A DNA stretch of 64,000 bases from Thermoplasmata archaeon (GTDB taxonomy: Archaea > Thermoplasmatota > Thermoplasmata > UBA10834): positions 5,379-69,378 of the forward strand of contig JAJYIS010000002.1 of assembly GCA_021789945.1 (NCBI GenBank). Reading direction: 5' to 3'. Position 1 is the first letter of the stretch. Each line of letters opens with the position of its first letter. The translations under genes and the position numbers were made by a program. The notes beneath the pieces were generated by a model that was not told where the DNA came from, did not search any database, and saw only the letters and a program-made list of their open reading frames with translations. Shown piece after piece: positions 1 through 10,027 of this stretch.

Positions 1-685
1 CGAACGTCAGCCATGCCTTCGGAGTCTCTATCATCGGGCGCTTCAGGATCAGGTCCTCGGACTTGGACAGCCTGACCGTGACCTCAGCCGAAGTCTCCAG
101 CCCCGTCCCGCAGACCTCGCCGTCGCCCATCGCGGCGTGCACATCGCCCATTGCGAGCATCCCACCGTCGACGAACGCCGGGAGGTACACCTTCGAGCCC
201 TCGCACGCATCGACAGTGTCCATGTTCCCTCCATGGTCGCCTGGGTGGAATGTCGGGAACCTCCCCTCCGCTGGGGAGACGCCGATCACGCCCACGTGCG
301 GGTTGAGGTCGATCGAGAGATCGTCCGAGAACCCCGCCTTCCCGTCCTCAATCCTCAATATCCTCGTCCTCGGCCTGCGGACGTCCTCGCTTAGCACCCC
401 CAGATTGGGAGAGCACATGATCACGCCCTTCCTGCCGCACCTGATCCGCTCGATGGCGACGCAGAGGGTCTGCCCAGCCGAGAGCCCCTCCACGGCGATC
501 GGACCGGTCGCGGGGTTCACGTCCCCCATGGATACGTCCTCGAACAGGTTCCCTGGCGTCTTGACCTTTCCAGAGAAACAGTCCCTGGTCTGGACCTTCA
601 CACGCTCCCCGTCCGCCACGCGGTACGCGGCCTTGCTGTCGGCCGAGAAGAAGTACGTCACCCTCTGCGAGCTCAGGACCCTCAT
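1..685 (-). CDS. Acetamidase/formamidase family protein (runs off the left edge; not in ORF track)
   Basis: Manual translation from ATG at 685: MRVLSSQRVTYFFS...NPATGPIAVEG...PGDHGGNMD...MGDVHAAMGDGEVCGTGLE. These are the FmdA/AmdA family motifs. Confidence 0.85.
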   Translation of the reverse strand, partial: MRVLSSQRVTYFFSADSKAAYRVADGERVKVQTRDCFSGKVKTPGNLFEDVSMGDVNPATGPIAVEGLSAGQTLCVAIERIRCGRKGVIMCSPNLGVLSEDVRRPRTRILRIEDGKAGFSDDLSIDLNPHVGVIGVSPAEGRFPTFHPGDHGGNMDTVDACEGSKVYLPAFVDGGMLAMGDVHAAMGDGEVCGTGLETSAEVTVRLSKSEDLILKRPMIETPKAWLTF

Positions 686-769
686 CTCACTCTGCTCCTC
701 GAGGATGCCGATGGCCCAGCCAGGAAAAGTACTTTGTTTCCGCCTGCCCCGGCCGCTCTCAGGCCGGGC

Positions 770-2023
770 TCATCCGAACAGGGGCACCTTCTTCCTCGAA
801 GCGACGCGAGGGAGCAACATCGAGCCTGCGGCGGCGACCATCGAGGCGGCTGCCATGATCTCGAACACCGTCCCGAGGTTGGAGTAATCGGGCCTCAGGA
901 GGGCCCCGGCCACGAGGGGGCCGAACACCCCGCCCCCAGTCGTGCCTATCCCCCAGACCACCGCGTTCCCGAAGGTCGAGGATCCCCTTGGCACATAGTC
1001 GGAGACGATTGAAAGCAACAGGGGAAACGCGCTGAATGTAAAGAAGCCGAACAGGAACAGCATCAGCTGCTCCACGCCGCCCGATGTGACCACGTACCCA
1101 TAAATCGATGCAGCGACGCCGGCCGAGCTCAGTCCGAGCACCATGCGCTTGTCGAACCTGTCCGTGAGCATACCGAAGATGGGCTGACCGAAGATCGCTG
1201 CTGCGTACATGAATGTGAGCGAGAGGCCGAGCGTGGTCGATACTCCGGCCCCCTTCTGCGTCGAGATGAAAATGGGTATCCACGCGACGATCCCTTGTGT
1301 GGCGAACGCGCGGACGAAGGCGACTACCGTGAGTATTACCATGCCCTTCGTCGCAACGCTCGCCAGAGGGCGAGGCTGTTTCTCGGACCGCGCCCCCGCC
1401 TCGGTCGACGAGGACGCCCTGAACCCTGCCCACAGGGCGGCGGAGAACGCGAGTCCCACAAGGGCGAAGAACGCGAACGCCACGGAGTCAGTCAGGAGCA
1501 AGGAGATCGCGAAGTAAAGCGATGGATAGAGGGCGCGCCCGAGGCTGCCCACGGCGCCGTTGACGCCGAGAGCGGTCCCCTGAGCCTCCTTCCCGAAGGC
1601 GCTTTCGATGATTGCCGCGCCCAGCGGATGATAGAAGGCGCTTCCCGAGCCTGTGACCAAGGCGGCGACAATCATGCCAGCGACCAGCGCGGTGCCCTTG
1701 AGGTCCGAGACCGCGAGGTAAAAGCCGAGTAGGCCGAGGGAGAGAAGCGCCAGTCCGAGCCCCATGAGCACACCCCTGTTCCCCGTCCGGTCCGCGATGA
1801 TGCCGACATAGGTGCTGAGCAGCGCCGATGTCGAATAGAACCCCACCAGCATGATAGTCAGGTCCAGAGGGGTCACTCCAGGCTTCAGTGCGAGAACGGC
1901 CGCGATAAGGGGGACGAAGAAGACCGTGCCGTCGTTGATGAAATGGGCGGCCGAGGTGAGAGCTAGACACCTGAGCCGCCCGCAACCTGAGGAGTTCAGA
2001 AGAGCACCTGCCAGACGGACCAA
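770..2023 (-). CDS. MFS transporter (Fsr-like)
   Basis: About 12 hydrophobic segments, AHFIND, GxxADRxG motif A, GSAFYHP, and a second GMLTDRFDKR. Confidence 0.85.
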   Translation of the reverse strand: MVRLAGALLNSSGCGRLRCLALTSAAHFINDGTVFFVPLIAAVLALKPGVTPLDLTIMLVGFYSTSALLSTYVGIIADRTGNRGVLMGLGLALLSLGLLGFYLAVSDLKGTALVAGMIVAALVTGSGSAFYHPLGAAIIESAFGKEAQGTALGVNGAVGSLGRALYPSLYFAISLLLTDSVAFAFFALVGLAFSAALWAGFRASSSTEAGARSEKQPRPLASVATKGMVILTVVAFVRAFATQGIVAWIPIFISTQKGAGVSTTLGLSLTFMYAAAIFGQPIFGMLTDRFDKRMVLGLSSAGVAASIYGYVVTSGGVEQLMLFLFGFFTFSAFPLLLSIVSDYVPRGSSTFGNAVVWGIGTTGGGVFGPLVAGALLRPDYSNLGTVFEIMAAASMVAAAGSMLLPRVASRKKVPLFG

Positions 2024-2154
2024 CCAATCAGGTGAGAGGATAATGAGCTTTTCACCGTATGCTCAGTCCCGGGGCCAGTGAACCGCGATCTCAGCATTCC
2101 TCTAGCCACACCAAAGGTTTATGTAAGGCCATCCTTTTTGGACAATTCCTCGAT

Positions 2155-2256
2155 GCTCCCGTAGTGTAGTCCGGCCAATCATTCGAGCCTCTCGTGGCCG
2201 CTTTCGCGGCGGGCCGGTGAAAGCTCGATACTCGGGTTCAAATCCCGACGGGAGCA
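2155..2256 (+). tRNA. tRNA-Glu(CTC) with 27-nt intron at canonical 37/38 position (2195-2221)
   Basis: Acceptor GCTCCCG/CGGGAGC+A, anticodon arm CGAGC-CT-CTC-G..A-GCTCG, T arm TCGGG-TTCAAAT-CCCGA. The intron forms a bulge-helix-bulge (central helix with one U-U mismatch, GGCC/GGCC outer helix). Confidence 0.92.
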
Positions 2257-2290
2257 CACTGTTTATTCAAGAACTCCGATTGAGGTTTGG

Positions 2291-2776
2291 ATGGTTGACG
2301 CAAGAATCGTGGACATCCTTCGCAGACTCTCCCTCAGGCTCGAGAAGAGCGGTGTCAATTGGGCAATCGCGGGCAGCCTCGGCCTCGCAATCAGAGGTGC
2401 GCCCGTGGAACCTCATGACATCGATATCACGACCAACAGGAAGGGAGCATACGAGATTCAGAGGATGTTCTTGGAGTTCGTCACGAGAGGAGTGGCTTTC
2501 CGAGTGGGCGACAGAATCAGGTCCCACTTCGGCGCTCTTGAGATTGATGGTGTAAAGATAGAAATCATCGGGGATTTCGAAACCAAGCTCGAAGATGGAA
2601 GCTGGCAGAAGCCCCCGGCCCTGGCTTCCGTCATAGAGGTGGTACAGTTTGAAGGCATGTCCATTCCCGTCCTGTCGCTCGAGCATGAATGTGACTCGTA
2701 TACGAAGCTCGGAAGATTGGAGAGAGCGGAACAAGCAAGGGCGCTACTGATTGCCTCTCGGCATAAAGATTCGTAG
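2291..2776 (+). CDS. Nucleotidyltransferase (Pol-beta superfamily) domain protein
   Basis: WAIAGSLGLAIRG...PHDIDI (GS...DxD) motif plus downstream IEIIGD acidic strand. Confidence 0.75.
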   Translation: MVDARIVDILRRLSLRLEKSGVNWAIAGSLGLAIRGAPVEPHDIDITTNRKGAYEIQRMFLEFVTRGVAFRVGDRIRSHFGALEIDGVKIEIIGDFETKLEDGSWQKPPALASVIEVVQFEGMSIPVLSLEHECDSYTKLGRLERAEQARALLIASRHKDS

Positions 2777-2825
2777 ATGTCCAGGAACTATCGGGCTGAA
2801 GAGGGGGTCGCAGAAGTCTGTTCGC

Positions 2826-2873
2826 CGGCCGTCAAGGGGCCGTTGGCCAAGGTTCAAGTCCTGGCGGGAGCAC
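2826..2873 (+). repeat. Degenerate tRNA 3'-half / att-like direct repeat of the tRNA-Glu 3' end
   Basis: GGTTCAAGTCCTGGCGGGAGCAC (2851-2873) matches GGTTCAAATCCCGACGGGAGCAC (2235-2257) at 20/23. It is preceded by a 5-bp stem/7-nt loop arm CGGCC-GTCAAGG-GGCCG. Confidence 0.55.
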
Positions 2874-2908
2874 CTCCCTCAGCCGATTATGGATGTCCGA
2901 TCGCGGGT

Positions 2909-4090
2909 TCAACGGCCCGAGACTGAGATAGGCGGTTCATAGATGCATGCCGGGTCCTCGCCCGCCCAGTCGCCCGAGCTGAACTCGGCTTTCTTCCTGC
3001 AGCCCCGGCAGACATCCAGATAGTCGCACCTGCCGCACTTGCCCTTCAGCCTGGTGTGGACCTCCCTGAGCTCGGTCAGGGCCTGGCAGGAGTTCTTGGA
3101 CCAGATGTCGACAAAACTGTCCTTCCGGATATTCCCGACGACTATCTCGGGCACGAAGTGGCACGGGATGACGTCTCCCCGGTAGTCGATGTTCGCTATC
3201 TTCGAGCCTATGGTGCATCCGCTCCCGATGCTGAGCAGCTTCCGCGCGTTCTCGTATGCCCCGGGATTCTCCCGCTTCAGCCGCTCGAGGATGTACACTC
3301 CGTCCATGGGCGAATCGGTCGTGAGTATCTCGATCTCCTTGTCCCTGAGCTCGATCGCCTTCTCGTAGAGGAACGACAGGACCCACTCCCTCTGCTTCTT
3401 GGTCAAATCCCTCGCCGCGATCGATGTGCCCCTGCCCGTCGGCACGAGGTGATAGATGCAGAACCTGCTGACGTTCTCCTTGAGCGCGAGCTCCAGCAGG
3501 GCCGGGACCTCCCTGTAGTTGTCCTTCGTGAGGGTTATGCGGAACCCGGTCCGGATCCCCGCGTCCCTCGCGTTCCTGACCCCAGCGAGCGCCTTCTTCC
3601 ATGAACCCTTGACGCCCCGAAACTTGTCATGAAGCTCAGGGGAGGCGGCATCGAGGCTTACACCGACATATCTGACGCCCTGCTCGGCCAGGCTCTGCGC
3701 GACCTTTGGGGTGATGAGCGTGCCGTTGGTGCTGATCACGGCCTTCAGGCCCGAATCCTTCGCGAGGCCGAGTATCTCGAAGAAGTCCTTCCTGATCAGC
3801 GGCTCTCCGCCGCTGAAGATGATCAGAGGAACATGGGCGGCGGCCACGTCCTTGAAGGCTTTGCGGAAGTCGTCCAAAGACATCTCGTCCTTGCCCTCAG
3901 AGCTGGCGTCAATGTAGCAGTGCTCGCACTTCAGGTTGCACCTTCTCGTGACGTTCCAGACGACGACTGGCCTCAGCTCCCCGGAGAACCTGATCATGTC
4001 GTCGGACATGTTCTTCCCGTGCATCTCCTTCGCGCGGAGAGCGTCGTACACAGTTCCTTTGTTTCCCAGCACCTTCGAGAATATTATCAT
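2909..4090 (-). CDS. ahbC: Radical SAM/SPASM Fe-coproporphyrin III synthase (AhbC/NirJ1)
   Basis: PVVVWNVTRRCNLKCEHCY, YVGVSLD, YHLVPTGRG, C-terminal SPASM Cys cluster; located in the heme operon. Confidence 0.8.
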   Translation of the reverse strand: MIIFSKVLGNKGTVYDALRAKEMHGKNMSDDMIRFSGELRPVVVWNVTRRCNLKCEHCYIDASSEGKDEMSLDDFRKAFKDVAAAHVPLIIFSGGEPLIRKDFFEILGLAKDSGLKAVISTNGTLITPKVAQSLAEQGVRYVGVSLDAASPELHDKFRGVKGSWKKALAGVRNARDAGIRTGFRITLTKDNYREVPALLELALKENVSRFCIYHLVPTGRGTSIAARDLTKKQREWVLSFLYEKAIELRDKEIEILTTDSPMDGVYILERLKRENPGAYENARKLLSIGSGCTIGSKIANIDYRGDVIPCHFVPEIVVGNIRKDSFVDIWSKNSCQALTELREVHTRLKGKCGRCDYLDVCRGCRKKAEFSSGDWAGEDPACIYEPPISVSGR

Positions 4091-4872
4091 ACTCTCTTCA
4101 CCACCTCATCCAACAGCGCCTCGATCGTCTGCTCCTCGGGGACAATCTCCGCGCGCACGCCATAGCCCTCCAGGGTCCTCACCGTGGGCGCACCTATGGC
4201 CGCGACCTTCGCGCGGCCCATGCGCATGAGGACCTGATCCGCAAGCCCGAGGGATTGCGCGATCTCCATGAAGTTCCTGACCATCATCGAGCTCGTGAAG
4301 CAGAAGACATCGATGTCCCCCTGCGCCGCCCTCCTGACGAGCCCTTCTGCGGCCGCCGCGTCTGCCGGCGGCCCGGTAGCATAGACCGGGATGTCGTCGA
4401 CCATCGCCCCGAGGGCGGTCAATCCCGAAACGAGCTTCTCAGACCCGTGCGCGCTCCTCAGGATCACCATCCTAGCCCCTTTGACGCCCAACTCGGTGAA
4501 CATCTCGACGAGCCCTTCCGAGCTGGCTGTCTTGGGAACGAGGTCGACCCGTATGTCCTGCGCCTCGAGCGCGCGCTTCGTCTTCGCCCCGATAGCCACG
4601 ATCCTCGCGCGGTCCATGATCCTTCGGAGATTGCCCGACAGGCCGGATTCGGACGCGAGCTCGAGCGCGTGCGACACTCCGTTCGAACTCGTGAAGACAA
4701 CGAAATCGGCCTGAGCTGCCGAAGAATCGCTGAGAAAGCGGGTGAGGCGGCCGTCGGCCATCGGCTCGAGGGACATCATGGACGCGGCAAGCACGGACAG
4801 GCCCCTCGCCTCGCCGAGGCGCACTGACTCCGCCAGGGTTGATGGGGGCCTCATGAGCGCTATCGTTGTCAT
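4087..4872 (-). CDS. hemD: Uroporphyrinogen-III synthase
   Basis: VFTSSNGV, AIGAKT, FTSS, AAIGAPT motifs; operon context. Confidence 0.88.
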   Translation of the reverse strand: MTTIALMRPPSTLAESVRLGEARGLSVLAASMMSLEPMADGRLTRFLSDSSAAQADFVVFTSSNGVSHALELASESGLSGNLRRIMDRARIVAIGAKTKRALEAQDIRVDLVPKTASSEGLVEMFTELGVKGARMVILRSAHGSEKLVSGLTALGAMVDDIPVYATGPPADAAAAEGLVRRAAQGDIDVFCFTSSMMVRNFMEIAQSLGLADQVLMRMGRAKVAAIGAPTVRTLEGYGVRAEIVPEEQTIEALLDEVVKRV

Positions 4873-5648
4873 TGCCTCCCTCCCAGACGGCCCCTCATCC
4901 TCACGACCTCGCCTATCACTATGATCGCTGGGGCCTTCGCTCCGGCTCTACGGGCCTTCGCGGCTATGTTTCCCAGATCACCGACGGTCACCACTTGATC
5001 CGTGCGCGTCCCTCTCTCGATGATAGCGACTGGCGTGGTAGACGGCTTGCCCTCGCTGACGAGCTTGCGGGCGATGTCCGAGAGGTTCTTCATCCCCATC
5101 AGAACTACGATCGTGGAATCGAGCCGAGCGATCTTCGCCCAGTCGACAGCGCCTCCCTTCTTCGTCGGCGAATCATGGCCAGTAACGACCGTGACCGCTG
5201 ACGAGAAGTCCCTATGGGTCACCGGTATGCCCGCAACGGCGGGGACCGCCAGGGCCGATGTGACTCCCGGCACCGTCTCGACCGAAACGCCCTTCTCCAC
5301 AAGGAACTCGGCTTCCTCGCCCCCGCGACCGAAGAGATAAGGATCCCCTCCTTTCAGCCTGACGACCGTATTTCCCGCGAGCGCGCGCTCGGCTAGGACC
5401 TCGTTGATCTCGTCCTGCTGCAGCTTGTGATGGGAGGCGTACTTCCCAGCATCTATCATCTCAGCGCCGTGCGGGGCCACGGCGAGGAGCTCCCGCCCTA
5501 CGAGCTGGTCGAAGACGATGACATCGGCCTCCTTGAGGACCTCGACTGCGCGGAGGGTCGCAAGACCAGGGTCTCCCGGACCGGCGCCCACGAGGTACAC
5601 CTTACCCTTTGAGCGTCGCCCTTGCCGCTTCCTTGACAAGGTCTCCAC
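4869..5648 (-). CDS. cobA: Uroporphyrinogen-III C-methyltransferase (SUMT)
   Basis: VYLVGAGPGDPGL, RLKGGDPYLFGRGGEE, VPGVTSA. Confidence 0.93.
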   Translation of the reverse strand: METLSRKRQGRRSKGKVYLVGAGPGDPGLATLRAVEVLKEADVIVFDQLVGRELLAVAPHGAEMIDAGKYASHHKLQQDEINEVLAERALAGNTVVRLKGGDPYLFGRGGEEAEFLVEKGVSVETVPGVTSALAVPAVAGIPVTHRDFSSAVTVVTGHDSPTKKGGAVDWAKIARLDSTIVVLMGMKNLSDIARKLVSEGKPSTTPVAIIERGTRTDQVVTVGDLGNIAAKARRAGAKAPAIIVIGEVVRMRGRLGGRQ

Positions 5649-6516
5649 CTCCCATTCTGCGCAGCGCGGCCGCGAACTCCTTCGCGCCCTGAGCCCATCT
5701 GGTCTGCGGGATCGACGCTTCGTGAACGACGCTCCTGTCTCCGTGAATTGAAAGCACCATCGCGCTGATGTCTATCCTGCCGGAGGCGCACCTCGCGTAG
5801 ACCCCCACGGGAGCCGTGCACCCGCCTCCGAGAAGGCGCATGATGGACCGTTCAGTGTCTGTGGCTAGTCTCGTGCTCCTATGGTCCAGGCATCGGACGA
5901 TCGACGCAGCGTCGGAGCCTTTCCTCGCGACCACCGCGATCGCGCCCTGGGCAGGGGCGGGCACGAAATCCTTCAGCGAGAGCGGGAACCCTCTGGCAAC
6001 CACGCCCAGCCTGTCGAGGCCGGCCTTCGCCACGACCGCCGCGTCCAGCTCCCCCGCCGAGACCTTGGACAACCGGGTGGGCACATTGCCCCTGAGCGGG
6101 ACGGTCTTCAGGTCCTGCCTCTTTCTCAGCACCTGCATGCTCCGCCTGAGGCTCGAGGTACCGACGAGGGCCCCTGCAGGGAGCCGTCCGAACGGGACCT
6201 CGGACACGAGGAAGTCCCTAGGGTCGCCTCGCTTCAGGACCGCGGCGACCTCGATCCCGCGCCTCGGCTCGGTCGGCACGTCCTTGAGGCTGTGAACGGC
6301 GAAGTCGATCTCGCCCGCGAGCAGGAGGTCGTCTATCTCCCTCACGAAGGCCCCGAAGCCCCCGAGCTCGACGATCGACCTCTTCCGGAAGACGTCCCCC
6401 GACGTCTTCACGATTCGCCTCGTGATTGAAACCTCCGGCTGGAGACGCTTCAGCTCATCGATGACTAGCTGGGCCTGTGCCTGAGCCAGTTGGCTGCCTC
6501 TGGTCCCGCAAATCAT
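5602..6516 (-). CDS. hemC: Hydroxymethylbilane synthase
   Basis: GTRGSQLA, AVHSLKDVP, GTSSLRR, LRGNVPTRL, GGGCTAP. Confidence 0.95.
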   Translation of the reverse strand: MICGTRGSQLAQAQAQLVIDELKRLQPEVSITRRIVKTSGDVFRKRSIVELGGFGAFVREIDDLLLAGEIDFAVHSLKDVPTEPRRGIEVAAVLKRGDPRDFLVSEVPFGRLPAGALVGTSSLRRSMQVLRKRQDLKTVPLRGNVPTRLSKVSAGELDAAVVAKAGLDRLGVVARGFPLSLKDFVPAPAQGAIAVVARKGSDAASIVRCLDHRSTRLATDTERSIMRLLGGGCTAPVGVYARCASGRIDISAMVLSIHGDRSVVHEASIPQTRWAQGAKEFAAALRRMGGGDLVKEAARATLKG

Positions 6517-7784
6517 CCGCGCACTCCTCTTAGAGCTCTCTCGTAGGCGGCCAGCGTGAACTCCACGTCCGAGTCCCTGTGCGCCATGGAGAGGAAGTTC
6601 GTCTCGAACTGGCTAGGAGGTGTGTAGACGCCCTCGTCGAGCAAAGCCCGGAACATCTTCATGAACCCGGGCGCGTCCGCCTTGCGGGCATCGTTCCAGT
6701 TGACGATCGGGCGGTCGGTGAAGAACATCTGGAACATCGAGCCTATCCCCGACACTTGGTACGGAAGGGAGGCCCTCGAGAGCACGTCCCTGAGGCCCTT
6801 CCTGAGCCTCTCGGACCTGCGGTTGAGAGACGTGTAACCCTTCTGCTCGAGTATCTTGATGGTTTCGATCCCTGCCGTCACGCTGACGGGGTTGCCGCTG
6901 AAGGTCCCGGCCTGGTACACGCCCCCGAGCGGCGAGATGTTCGACATGATGTCCTTCCTCCCAGCGAACACTCCGATCGGATAGCCTCCTCCGACGATCT
7001 TCCCGAGCGTGAACAGGTCCGGCTTCACGTGAAACATCTCCTGGGCGCCTCCCAGACCCAGCCTGAAGCCCGTTATCACCTCGTCCAGGATCAGAAGGGT
7101 TCCAGAGTCCCGGGTGATCTCCCGCACCTCGTTCAGGTAGCCCTCCTTGGGCAGGACCGGGCCGACATTACCGAGCACAGGCTCCAGGATCATGGCCGCG
7201 ACATCCCCTTCGGCGCCCTTGATGGCGTCTCGGAGTGCCTGGGGGTCGTTGTAGGGGACCAGCACGGTGTGCTTCGCGAGGTCCTCCAGCACCCCGAGCG
7301 AGTTCGGCATGCTGTACGTGAGGGCTCCCGAGCCCGCCTTGACGAGCATCGCGTCATGGGCCCCGTGGTACCCTCCCTCGACCTTTACGATCTTCCTCTT
7401 GCCCGTGAAGCCTCGCGCGAGCCTGATCGCGTGCATCGTGGCTTCGGTGCCAGTGTTGACGAACCTCATCATCTCGCCCGCGGGATAGTGGGACCTAACC
7501 TTCTCGGCCAGCAGTACCTCCTGCTCGGAGGGCGCGCCGAAGACGCTCCCGTTGGAGAGGGCGGCCTTCACCGCCCTCGAAATGGCCGGAGGGGCGTGCC
7601 CGAGTATGAGCGGCCCGTAGGCCATGCAGTAATCCACGTACTCCTTCCCGTCCACGTCCCAGATCCTCGAGCCCTTCGCCGACCTCATGAACCGCGGATA
7701 AGGCTCGAAAGCTCTCACGGGGCTCGATACCCCGGCTGGCATGAGCTCTCTAGCTCTCTTGTAAAGGTCCTCCGATGCAGTCAT
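6513..7784 (-). CDS. hemL: Glutamate-1-semialdehyde 2,1-aminomutase
   Basis: GVSSPVRAF, GTEATM, DEVITGFR, GKIVGGG, YQAGTFSGNP; ATG after GAGGTGA SD. Confidence 0.95.
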   Translation of the reverse strand: MTASEDLYKRARELMPAGVSSPVRAFEPYPRFMRSAKGSRIWDVDGKEYVDYCMAYGPLILGHAPPAISRAVKAALSNGSVFGAPSEQEVLLAEKVRSHYPAGEMMRFVNTGTEATMHAIRLARGFTGKRKIVKVEGGYHGAHDAMLVKAGSGALTYSMPNSLGVLEDLAKHTVLVPYNDPQALRDAIKGAEGDVAAMILEPVLGNVGPVLPKEGYLNEVREITRDSGTLLILDEVITGFRLGLGGAQEMFHVKPDLFTLGKIVGGGYPIGVFAGRKDIMSNISPLGGVYQAGTFSGNPVSVTAGIETIKILEQKGYTSLNRRSERLRKGLRDVLSRASLPYQVSGIGSMFQMFFTDRPIVNWNDARKADAPGFMKMFRALLDEGVYTPPSQFETNFLSMAHRDSDVEFTLAAYERALRGVRG

Positions 7785-7788
7785 CCAA

Positions 7789-8766
7789 TCACCTCTTGCC
7801 TCCAATCTTGGCCCTCGCGAAGTCGAGGGCCGAGTATGTGACTATGATATCCGCTCCGGCGCGCTTTATCGCCAGGAGCGACTCGTCCAGCGCGGAGCCG
7901 TAGTCCAGCCATCCGTTGGCGGAGGCGGCCTTCAGCATCGAGTACTCCCCGCTGACGCTGTAAGCTGCCAGAGGCACTCGGTATGCCGTCCTCGCCTCCC
8001 TGATGACATCCAGGTACGGCAGCGCGGGCTTGACCATGACGATGTCCGCTCCCTCCTCGATGTCGAGCTCAATCTCCCGAAGGGCCTCGCGCAGGTTGCC
8101 GCTGTCCATCTGGTGCGACCTCCTGTCCCCGAACGCGGGCGCGGAGCACGCGGCGTCCCTGAACGGCCCGTAGAAGGATGACGCGAACTTCGCGCTGTAG
8201 GACATTATCGGCGTGTGGTCGAACCCCGCGGAGTCCAGCCCGCCCCGTATGACGGCGACCATCCCGTCCATCATGCCGCTGGGGGCGATCATGTCGGCTC
8301 CCGCCTCAGCCTGTGACGCGGCCGTCTTCGCGTACAGCCCGATGGTCTTGTCGTTGTCCACGCGGCCCTTGTCCACGATTCCGCAGTGCCCGTGGCTCGT
8401 GTACTCGCACAGGCAAAGGTCCGCCACGAGTATCAGGTCAGTCCTCTCTTCGAGCCGCCTGAGCGCCTTCTGGACTATCCCCTCGCTGGCGTACGCCTGC
8501 TTTCCGAGAGGGTCCTTCTTCTTAGGCACGCCGAACAGCATGACCGCGGGGACACCCAAGGACTCCGCAGTCTCGGCCTCGGAGACGAGGCTCTTGAGGG
8601 TGTGGCGGCTGATCCCCGGCATGGAGGGTATCGGCTCGGGCGACGACACAGTCTCGTCCACGAACATCGGGTACACGAGGTCCTTGACGGAGACCTCTGA
8701 CTCCCGGACTAGGTCCCTGAGCACCTTGACGCTCCTGATCCGTCTCATCCTGGTCTTCGGGAACAT
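7789..8766 (-). CDS. hemB: Porphobilinogen synthase (Zn-type, CxC...C)
   Basis: DLCLCEYTSHGHCG, SFYGPFRDA, MVKP, YSVSGEY. Confidence 0.95.
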   Translation of the reverse strand: MFPKTRMRRIRSVKVLRDLVRESEVSVKDLVYPMFVDETVSSPEPIPSMPGISRHTLKSLVSEAETAESLGVPAVMLFGVPKKKDPLGKQAYASEGIVQKALRRLEERTDLILVADLCLCEYTSHGHCGIVDKGRVDNDKTIGLYAKTAASQAEAGADMIAPSGMMDGMVAVIRGGLDSAGFDHTPIMSYSAKFASSFYGPFRDAACSAPAFGDRRSHQMDSGNLREALREIELDIEEGADIVMVKPALPYLDVIREARTAYRVPLAAYSVSGEYSMLKAASANGWLDYGSALDESLLAIKRAGADIIVTYSALDFARAKIGGKR

Positions 8767-8767
8767 C

Positions 8768-10027
8768 TCAATCACCCTGGAGCTTGAATAGCGTCTCCGC
8801 AGCCGAGATCATATCCTTGTCGCCGTTCTTGGAGGCCTCCCTGAGGACGGCCGTCGGCTCCGCGAGTATCTTCTTGGTCACGGACATGAGCATGTCGCGG
8901 ACCACCTTCTTCTGCTGCTCGCCGATCCCGTTCAGCTTGTTCATCGCCTTGGTGAACTCGGTGTCCCGGATCTCGGCGACCCGGGTATGCAACTGGCGGA
9001 TGGCGTCCTCGGAGTCCCTCCTCTCTTCGAACCTGGACACGATGAATTTGAGCTCCTTCTCGATGATCCTCTCGGCCATCGCCACCTCTTTTCGCCTGCG
9101 CTCGGCGTTCCTATCCGCGACCTGCTTGAGACCGTCCATGTCCCGAATTTCGACATTGGGCAGCTCGGCGACGTCCTCGGCGATGTTCCTGGGGTTGCTG
9201 ATGTCTATGATCAGGAGCGTCTTCGTCGGCCCCTCCGGCCCGAACGCCCTGACAAGGTCGTCCTTGCTCAGGATGATGTGAGGGGCAGCGGTGCCGCAGA
9301 TGACGACATCGCTTACGAGCAGGCACTCATTCATCTTGTCGAAGTGGACGGCCTCCCCACCAAGCCGCTCGGCGAGCTTGACCGCGTCGTCGTAGGTCCT
9401 GTTGGCAACGAACATGGCCTTCACGTTGTGCCTCGCGAGGGACATCGCGACGAGCTGGGAGACCTCGCCCGCCCCGATCACGAGGATCGTGCGGTTCTGG
9501 AGCGACTCGAGCAGGCCGTTCGCGAGCTCGACCGCGGCGGAGCCTATTGACACGCTGCCCTTGCTCACGCCCGTCTCGGACCGCACCTTCTTGCCGATGC
9601 TGATTGACTTCCTGAAGACCTCGCCCAGGGTTTTGCCCACGGACCCTTCCTCGAGCCCGAAATCGTAGGCGCTCTTGACCTGGGAGAGTATCTGCTCCTC
9701 CCCGACAATCATGCTCTCGAGCCCGCTGGCGACCCTCGCGAGGTGCCTCACGGAGTCGACGGAGTACAGGAATTGTATGTGGTTCGGGTCGGCGCCCTCG
9801 ACCGAGCTCATCAACATGCCCCCGATGCCAGCCTTGGCCTTGTCCGGATCGTCGGTCGCGACGTATATCTCGAGCCTGTTACAGGTCTTCAGCAGGGCGC
9901 ATTCGCGCACCGAGTCCAGGGCCATGATCGCGGAGACCACAGACCTCGCCTCTTTGGCTGAGTACAGTTCGAGCTCCCTGATGTCCACCCACTTGTGGGT
10001 TATGTGCGCGCTCACGATCTCTTTCAA
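8768..10027 (-). CDS. hemA: Glutamyl-tRNA reductase
   Basis: TCNRLE, SGLESMIVGEEQILSQ, IGAGE, NRT. Confidence 0.95.
   Translation of the reverse strand: MKEIVSAHITHKWVDIRELELYSAKEARSVVSAIMALDSVRECALLKTCNRLEIYVATDDPDKAKAGIGGMLMSSVEGADPNHIQFLYSVDSVRHLARVASGLESMIVGEEQILSQVKSAYDFGLEEGSVGKTLGEVFRKSISIGKKVRSETGVSKGSVSIGSAAVELANGLLESLQNRTILVIGAGEVSQLVAMSLARHNVKAMFVANRTYDDAVKLAERLGGEAVHFDKMNECLLVSDVVICGTAAPHIILSKDDLVRAFGPEGPTKTLLIIDISNPRNIAEDVAELPNVEIRDMDGLKQVADRNAERRRKEVAMAERIIEKELKFIVSRFEERRDSEDAIRQLHTRVAEIRDTEFTKAMNKLNGIGEQQKKVVRDMLMSVTKKILAEPTAVLREASKNGDKDMISAAETLFKLQGD

Noticed and set aside
2803-2880. Intact novel tRNA (Leu-CAA, Pyl or Sec)
   Set aside because: There is no 5' acceptor strand complementary to CGGGAGC at the right distance and no D arm; kept only as a tRNA-like remnant.
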